Below are positions 30,290 through 36,781 of a stretch of DNA of 36,781 nt, in pieces. Position 1 is the first letter of the stretch, and each line of letters opens with the position of its first letter. The stretch comes from Candidatus Moraniibacteriota bacterium (lineage in GTDB: Bacteria; Patescibacteriota; Minisyncoccia; Moranbacterales; UBA2206). The position numbers and the translations under genes are program-made. The stretch spans positions 1 through 36,781 of the forward strand of contig JAHFOP010000003.1 in NCBI GenBank assembly GCA_023261605.1, given 5' to 3'. The notes beneath the pieces are model-generated. The model worked only from the letters and a program-made list of their open reading frames with translations. It was not told the DNA's origin and searched no databases.

Positions 30290-30320
30290 AAAAAGCCTTT
30301 CCGGGCTTTTTTTGTTTTTT
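30290..30320. terminator. Bidirectional terminator between the tRNAs and the convergent CDS
   Basis: AAAAAGCCT-TTCC-GGGCTTTTTTT. Confidence 0.75.
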
Positions 30321-30327
30321 AGCTACA

Positions 30328-30852
30328 CTACTCCAACACCTCAAAATACCGCAAAAAGTTTTCATAATAACCGATAATTTCTTCAGCTTGTTTTTTGTCC
30401 AACTTGAAATCTTCTTCGTGGATAATCCGGTTTCGGAGGGCGTGTGCCGTGCGCAATTCTTCGATGTTGTCGATTTGCCCCGGATTGATCCCATCCAACC
30501 GTTCACTCATATTTTCTCCCGGATATTTCATGCGCGCAATCAAATCATCAATGATGTTGTCCGCTTCAATAATGGAAACTTTCCACCGCGACTCGTTGTC
30601 ACTCTGAATGCCAGTCGTAATTTTGTCCCATTTTTTGAGTAGTTTTGATTTTTTATTAATCATCTCCGGCGGAACATCCATACCAAGTTTTGTGTCTCGC
30701 ATGTCCCCGCTTACTCCACGTTGGATGAGCATAAGAATCACATCAGCCAGAAGAACCACTGAATAAATCCCCAAAATAAATTTGACCACCGCGAAAAAAG
30801 CAGAGTCATAAATCGCCCATAGCACAGTGACAATATTATTTGCAGTATCCAT
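30328..30852 (-). CDS. Hypothetical protein with an N-terminal TM and a helical C-terminal domain
   Basis: TM helix, then WKVSIIEAD...YPGENMSERL...AHALRNRIIH. Co-directional downstream of gatA. Confidence 0.8.
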   Translation of the reverse strand: MDTANNIVTVLWAIYDSAFFAVVKFILGIYSVVLLADVILMLIQRGVSGDMRDTKLGMDVPPEMINKKSKLLKKWDKITTGIQSDNESRWKVSIIEADNIIDDLIARMKYPGENMSERLDGINPGQIDNIEELRTAHALRNRIIHEEDFKLDKKQAEEIIGYYENFLRYFEVLE

Positions 30853-30864
30853 AATTTAGTTTTT

Positions 30865-30894
30865 TCCGCCAAAGGCGGATCAGCCCTTGGCTGA
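30865..30894. repeat. 30-bp double-hairpin REP-like element
   Basis: TCCGCC-AAA-GGCGGA directly followed by TCAGCC-CTT-GGCTGA. Confidence 0.65.
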
Positions 30895-30899
30895 AGTTT

Positions 30900-32362
30900 T
30901 TAGCCGTTACTTTTACCTTTTTCATAAGCATCCGCCGCCCTGAGCAAATTTTCTTCATCAAACCATTCCCCCATCAATTGAAACCCCACTGGCAACTGCT
31001 TGCCTTCGACTTCAATCATCCCCGCCGGCACGCTTATGGCTGGCACGCCAGCAATGTTGGCTGTCACCGTAAAAATATCTTCCAAATACATGTCTACTGG
31101 ATTATTCATTTTTTCTCCGAACTTGAAAGCCGGAGTCGGCGTGATTGGAGTCAGAATTAAATCAACTTTTTTATAAGCTTCTTCAAAATCTTTTTTAATA
31201 AGCGTGCGAACTTTTTGCGCGCGCAAATAATAAGCTTCATAATATCCGGAAGAAAGAGCATATGTTCCCAGCATTATTCTTCTTTTTGCTTCTGTTCCTA
31301 ATTCATACTTTCTCGTATCCAAATAAGTTTCCAAAAGCGTCTTCGGCAATCCATCTGGATCCGTCACGTCAGTTTCCTTCTTATCATCTACACGCATACC
31401 ATATTTTATGCCGTCGTAACGAGCTAGGTTTGAGCTGATCTCGCAAGGATTAATAATATAGAAAACTGGCAAAGAGTATCTCGCGTGAGGCAATTCAATT
31501 TCTTGAATTTCCGCACCCAGTTTCTTGAATTTAGCTATCACATCTTCTATTGTTTTTTTCATTTGATCTCCCAAATTATCCAGATATTCTTTAACTATAC
31601 CTATTTTCATTCCTTTGATTTCTCCCGTCAGATAATCTTCATACCTCTTCCCGAAGCTTTGCGCGGTTGTTGCATCCATCCTGTCCTGACCGGAGATCTC
31701 ACTCAAAATAATAGCCGCGTCCTCAACGGTTTTCGACAAAACTCCTACCTGCTCCAAGCTGGAAGCGGCGGCCATAACACCATAACGGGAAACACGTCCG
31801 TAAGTAGGCTTCAAACCGACCGTTCCACAAAAAGCTGCTGGCTGACGAGTCGATCCGCCCGTATCAGTTCCCAGTGCCCAAACAGCCATATCTGCGGCTA
31901 CAGCCGCCGCCGATCCGCTGGAAGTTCCGCCAGGCACACGCGCCGTGTCATGTGGGTTTTTGGTCGGGCCATAGGCGCTTTTTTCGCCAGATGACCCCAT
32001 GGCAAATTCATCGCAATTGGTCTTGCCTAAAAAAATTGCGCCGGCTTGTTTCAGATTTTTCACAACAGTCGCATCATTTGGCGCGATATAATTATCCAAA
32101 ATTTTTGATCCGCCCGTCGCACGCACGCCCTCCAATAAAATCAAATCTTTTATACCCCCAGGAATTCCCTCCAGAAGTCCTATCTCTTCGCCCTTGGCAA
32201 TTTTTTCATCCACTTTCTCAGCTTGTTCCAAGGCTAATTCTTTCGTCAAAGTCAGATAAGCATTCAGACCCTTATCTTTTTTTTCAATCACAGCGAAATA
32301 TTGTTCGGTAAGTTCAACCGCCGTGATTTTTCTCGCTAATAATTTTTCATGCAGTTCTCTAA

Positions 32363-32366
<4 letters not shown>
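30900..32366 (-). CDS. gatA: Asp-tRNA(Asn)/Glu-tRNA(Gln) amidotransferase subunit A
   Basis: GKTNCDEFAMGSS, PGGTSSGSAAAVAA, GTDTGGSTRQPA, SSNLARYDGIKYG, RRIMLGTYALSSGYY. Confidence 0.97.
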
Positions 32367-34860
<2,494 letters not shown>

Positions 34861-34884
34861 CTAAACGTCTTGTTTGCAAAAAAA

Positions 34885-35967
34885 TTAGGTTTTGATGCAT
34901 CGAACAGAGAAACCATCAGCTTTTGAGTCCTCCATTCGGTATACGCCATTGTAACCATCTATCATCCAGCGCGCATAAGATGTAAACATACCCCCACTGT
35001 TATGTTCAGTTGACGATTGAAGAGTTGCATAAGAATTAATCCCAAAATATGAACTACTAAAGCTAAAATTCATCCCACCATTAAGCAATGAAAAATCAGA
35101 AGCGGATACAATTTTCATGTTTGTGTCAGCTCCAATGCAATCAAGAGTATAACTGCTCCGATTGGGATCACACGTTGCACCTGTTTTTAAAAAGTTTTCC
35201 AGAGTAAATAATTCAGTGTCCGATGGAATGTGCCAACCGGCCGGACAGATTCCTTGATTGGGAGCAGAAACAGCGCAAGATGTATAAAACTGGCTACAAC
35301 TATTAGGAAGACCGTTAGCCTCCGCCCACGTGTAAAGCCCACCGTATTTATTAGTATTGCAATTAGCCACCGAATCACCATAGCACCATTTGGAAACAGT
35401 ATTTGGGCTATTAAGAGTTGGTGCCGTATTATCGGGGGTAGTTGTAACATTGGGTAGCATATTTCCCACATTTAAATTTTGCCGAAACCAACATTGCGTG
35501 CCGATTTGGACAGTATCATAGTCTTGACCGCCATAGTTAACAACTTCGCCACAACCGCTCCTCGGCACCGCCGCTTCGATTGCCCGACTTTGCCCCAAAT
35601 CCGTCCCGGTTGATTTCAACTGAGTAATATTATAAATAGGCTCAGTCTGTGAAGTACAATCAATCTTAGCACCACTGGAATTATACAACTGAACATCATA
35701 GTTGCTGTTATGGATGACTCCATCTGATACTTGACAATGACTCAGCTGCTTGACAAACGTACGATTACCATTCACTATCTCATTCATTACAAACTCAATT
35801 CCAGAATCAGCCGCCTGGAAAGCCTTAGAAGAATTGGCTTCCCCCGCAACACTCTTTTGTTCTCTAATTGAAACTAAAGAAGCTGAGAGGGCGATAACGA
35901 CGATTATCGAAAGCACCATAATGGAAACTACCAACACAGAGGCTTTTGGCCTTTTGTCTGTTTTCAT
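34885..35967 (-). CDS. PilX-like minor pilin fused to a Fib_succ_major (FISUMP)-like domain
   Basis: N-terminus KA|SVLVVSIMVL...KAFQAADSGIE (PilX-like). C-terminus TVQIGTQCWFRQNL, YGGLYTW, GICPAGWHIPS, GFSVRCIK. Confidence 0.85.
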   Translation of the reverse strand: MKTDKRPKASVLVVSIMVLSIIVVIALSASLVSIREQKSVAGEANSSKAFQAADSGIEFVMNEIVNGNRTFVKQLSHCQVSDGVIHNSNYDVQLYNSSGAKIDCTSQTEPIYNITQLKSTGTDLGQSRAIEAAVPRSGCGEVVNYGGQDYDTVQIGTQCWFRQNLNVGNMLPNVTTTPDNTAPTLNSPNTVSKWCYGDSVANCNTNKYGGLYTWAEANGLPNSCSQFYTSCAVSAPNQGICPAGWHIPSDTELFTLENFLKTGATCDPNRSSYTLDCIGADTNMKIVSASDFSLLNGGMNFSFSSSYFGINSYATLQSSTEHNSGGMFTSYARWMIDGYNGVYRMEDSKADGFSVRCIKT

Positions 35968-35994
35968 TTTTTTATATTCTTAGATTCAATAAAT

Positions 35995-36555
35995 TTAATT
36001 AATTATTCCGATGTAGTCAAAAAAAGAAACGGTGGTTTGCAAACTATCTTTTCCATCAATTACCATATTTATCGTTCCTCTGCCAATGACTTTTGACGGA
36101 CCAACGCTGTTAGTCGGTGTTATCAGAAATGATCCGTCCACGCTCACATCAGGGTCTAGCATCGCAATATAATTATACGTGACGGAAACAGTAGAACAAT
36201 CAACGTTAGCCGGTCCGCCGGGTGCGGCCGTATCACTAAACAGCGAACCATTAGAAAAAAGATAGCTCACGCACAGTCCGCGGGCAGAATTGAAAAAATA
36301 TATCGACTTGTTGTTTCCGGCAGTCACATAATTCAGCTGACTGCTTACCCGCATATTTTTAGCCATAGTCTGAATGACATCTCTGCCGGCGCTGATATTG
36401 TTCAAATTTTTCATGGAATTTTTACGCGCCAAAATAACGTTCGCGAAAACCGAAACAGACGCCAGCATAATAACCGAGAGGATGAATATCGCCACAATCA
36501 ATTCCACAAAAGAGAACCCCCTATAATTTTTATTTTTCCTTTTTACTTTTTTCAT
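35995..36555 (-). CDS. Type IV minor pilin (PilW/PulJ-like)
   Basis: Prepilin cleavage motif RG|FSFVELIVAIFIL with Glu5. Confidence 0.9.
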   Translation of the reverse strand: MKKVKRKNKNYRGFSFVELIVAIFILSVIMLASVSVFANVILARKNSMKNLNNISAGRDVIQTMAKNMRVSSQLNYVTAGNNKSIYFFNSARGLCVSYLFSNGSLFSDTAAPGGPANVDCSTVSVTYNYIAMLDPDVSVDGSFLITPTNSVGPSKVIGRGTINMVIDGKDSLQTTVSFFDYIGIIN

Positions 36556-36583
36556 AGCTTTATCCTTACTTTATTCGCCTCAT

Positions 36584-36781
36584 TTATTTTTCGCCCCATT
36601 TATTTATAGTGGCCTTAGTAAAAGCACACTGGGTTAACTGATTGCAAGTGCTGTCATCAATTGGCGCTGGGAAAACATTTCCACCCGACCAAATCACCAC
36701 GCTGACTACATTAGCAAGGGTGGCAGTAGTTTTATCATTAGTGTTATAACTAATCATAAGTTTCCTTTTAAATCTAGAATT
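36584..36781 (-). CDS. C-terminal fragment of a probable minor pilin (partial)
   Basis: Open frame from the right edge, NSRFKRKLMISY...VVSVVIWSGG...TINKWGEK*, lying just upstream of two pilin genes. Confidence 0.6.
   Translation of the reverse strand, partial: NSRFKRKLMISYNTNDKTTATLANVVSVVIWSGGNVFPAPIDDSTCNQLTQCAFTKATINKWGEK

Noticed and set aside
30007..30320. Island integrated at the tRNA cluster
   Set aside because: No duplicated tRNA 3' end and no integrase seen; the flanking genes are housekeeping.
29782..30506. ORFs 29782-30000 and 30102-30506
   Set aside because: They overlap divergent promoters, the tRNA genes and the better-supported 30328-30852 CDS, and show no recognisable motifs.
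34885..35100. Complete diversity-generating retroelement
   Set aside because: No reverse transcriptase, template repeat or clear downstream hairpin in the window.

Overview
Bacterial chromosomal window, most likely from a Patescibacteria/CPR (Parcubacteria-like) genome. That assignment is inferred from the gene repertoire; the genome uses standard code 11, since TGA serves as a stop. Every supported protein gene lies on the minus strand, and three tRNAs lie on the plus strand. The right part (27.3-36.8 kb) holds gyrB, tRNA-fMet/Met/Asp, gatA, gatC, ligA and the end of a type IV minor-pilin cluster. The left part (1-27.2 kb) is a cell-surface locus: two WxL-like secreted proteins, a four-gene glycosylation cassette, a DUF916-LysM-LytR_C membrane protein, a MacB-like ABC pair, a 2579-aa FN3/Ig protein, a membrane TPR protein, a membrane-anchored Xis-like HTH protein and a >1818-aa tail-fibre-like ORF. 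The ORF track misses that last ORF because it runs off the left edge. The strongest signal is in this fibre gene: it is a mosaic of unrelated modules joined by 11 GNVGIG(T)-type hinges whose DNA is conserved at synonymous sites (consensus GGCAAYGTCGGSATYGGGACGRC), which suggests recombinational module shuffling. Other oddities are a perfect 47-bp in-frame palindrome and heptamer insertions in ligA, an initiator tRNA lacking the 3GC anticodon stem, a triplicated -10 box, and DnaA boxes just upstream of two surface-gene promoters. All family assignments come from motif recognition by eye, not from database searches.
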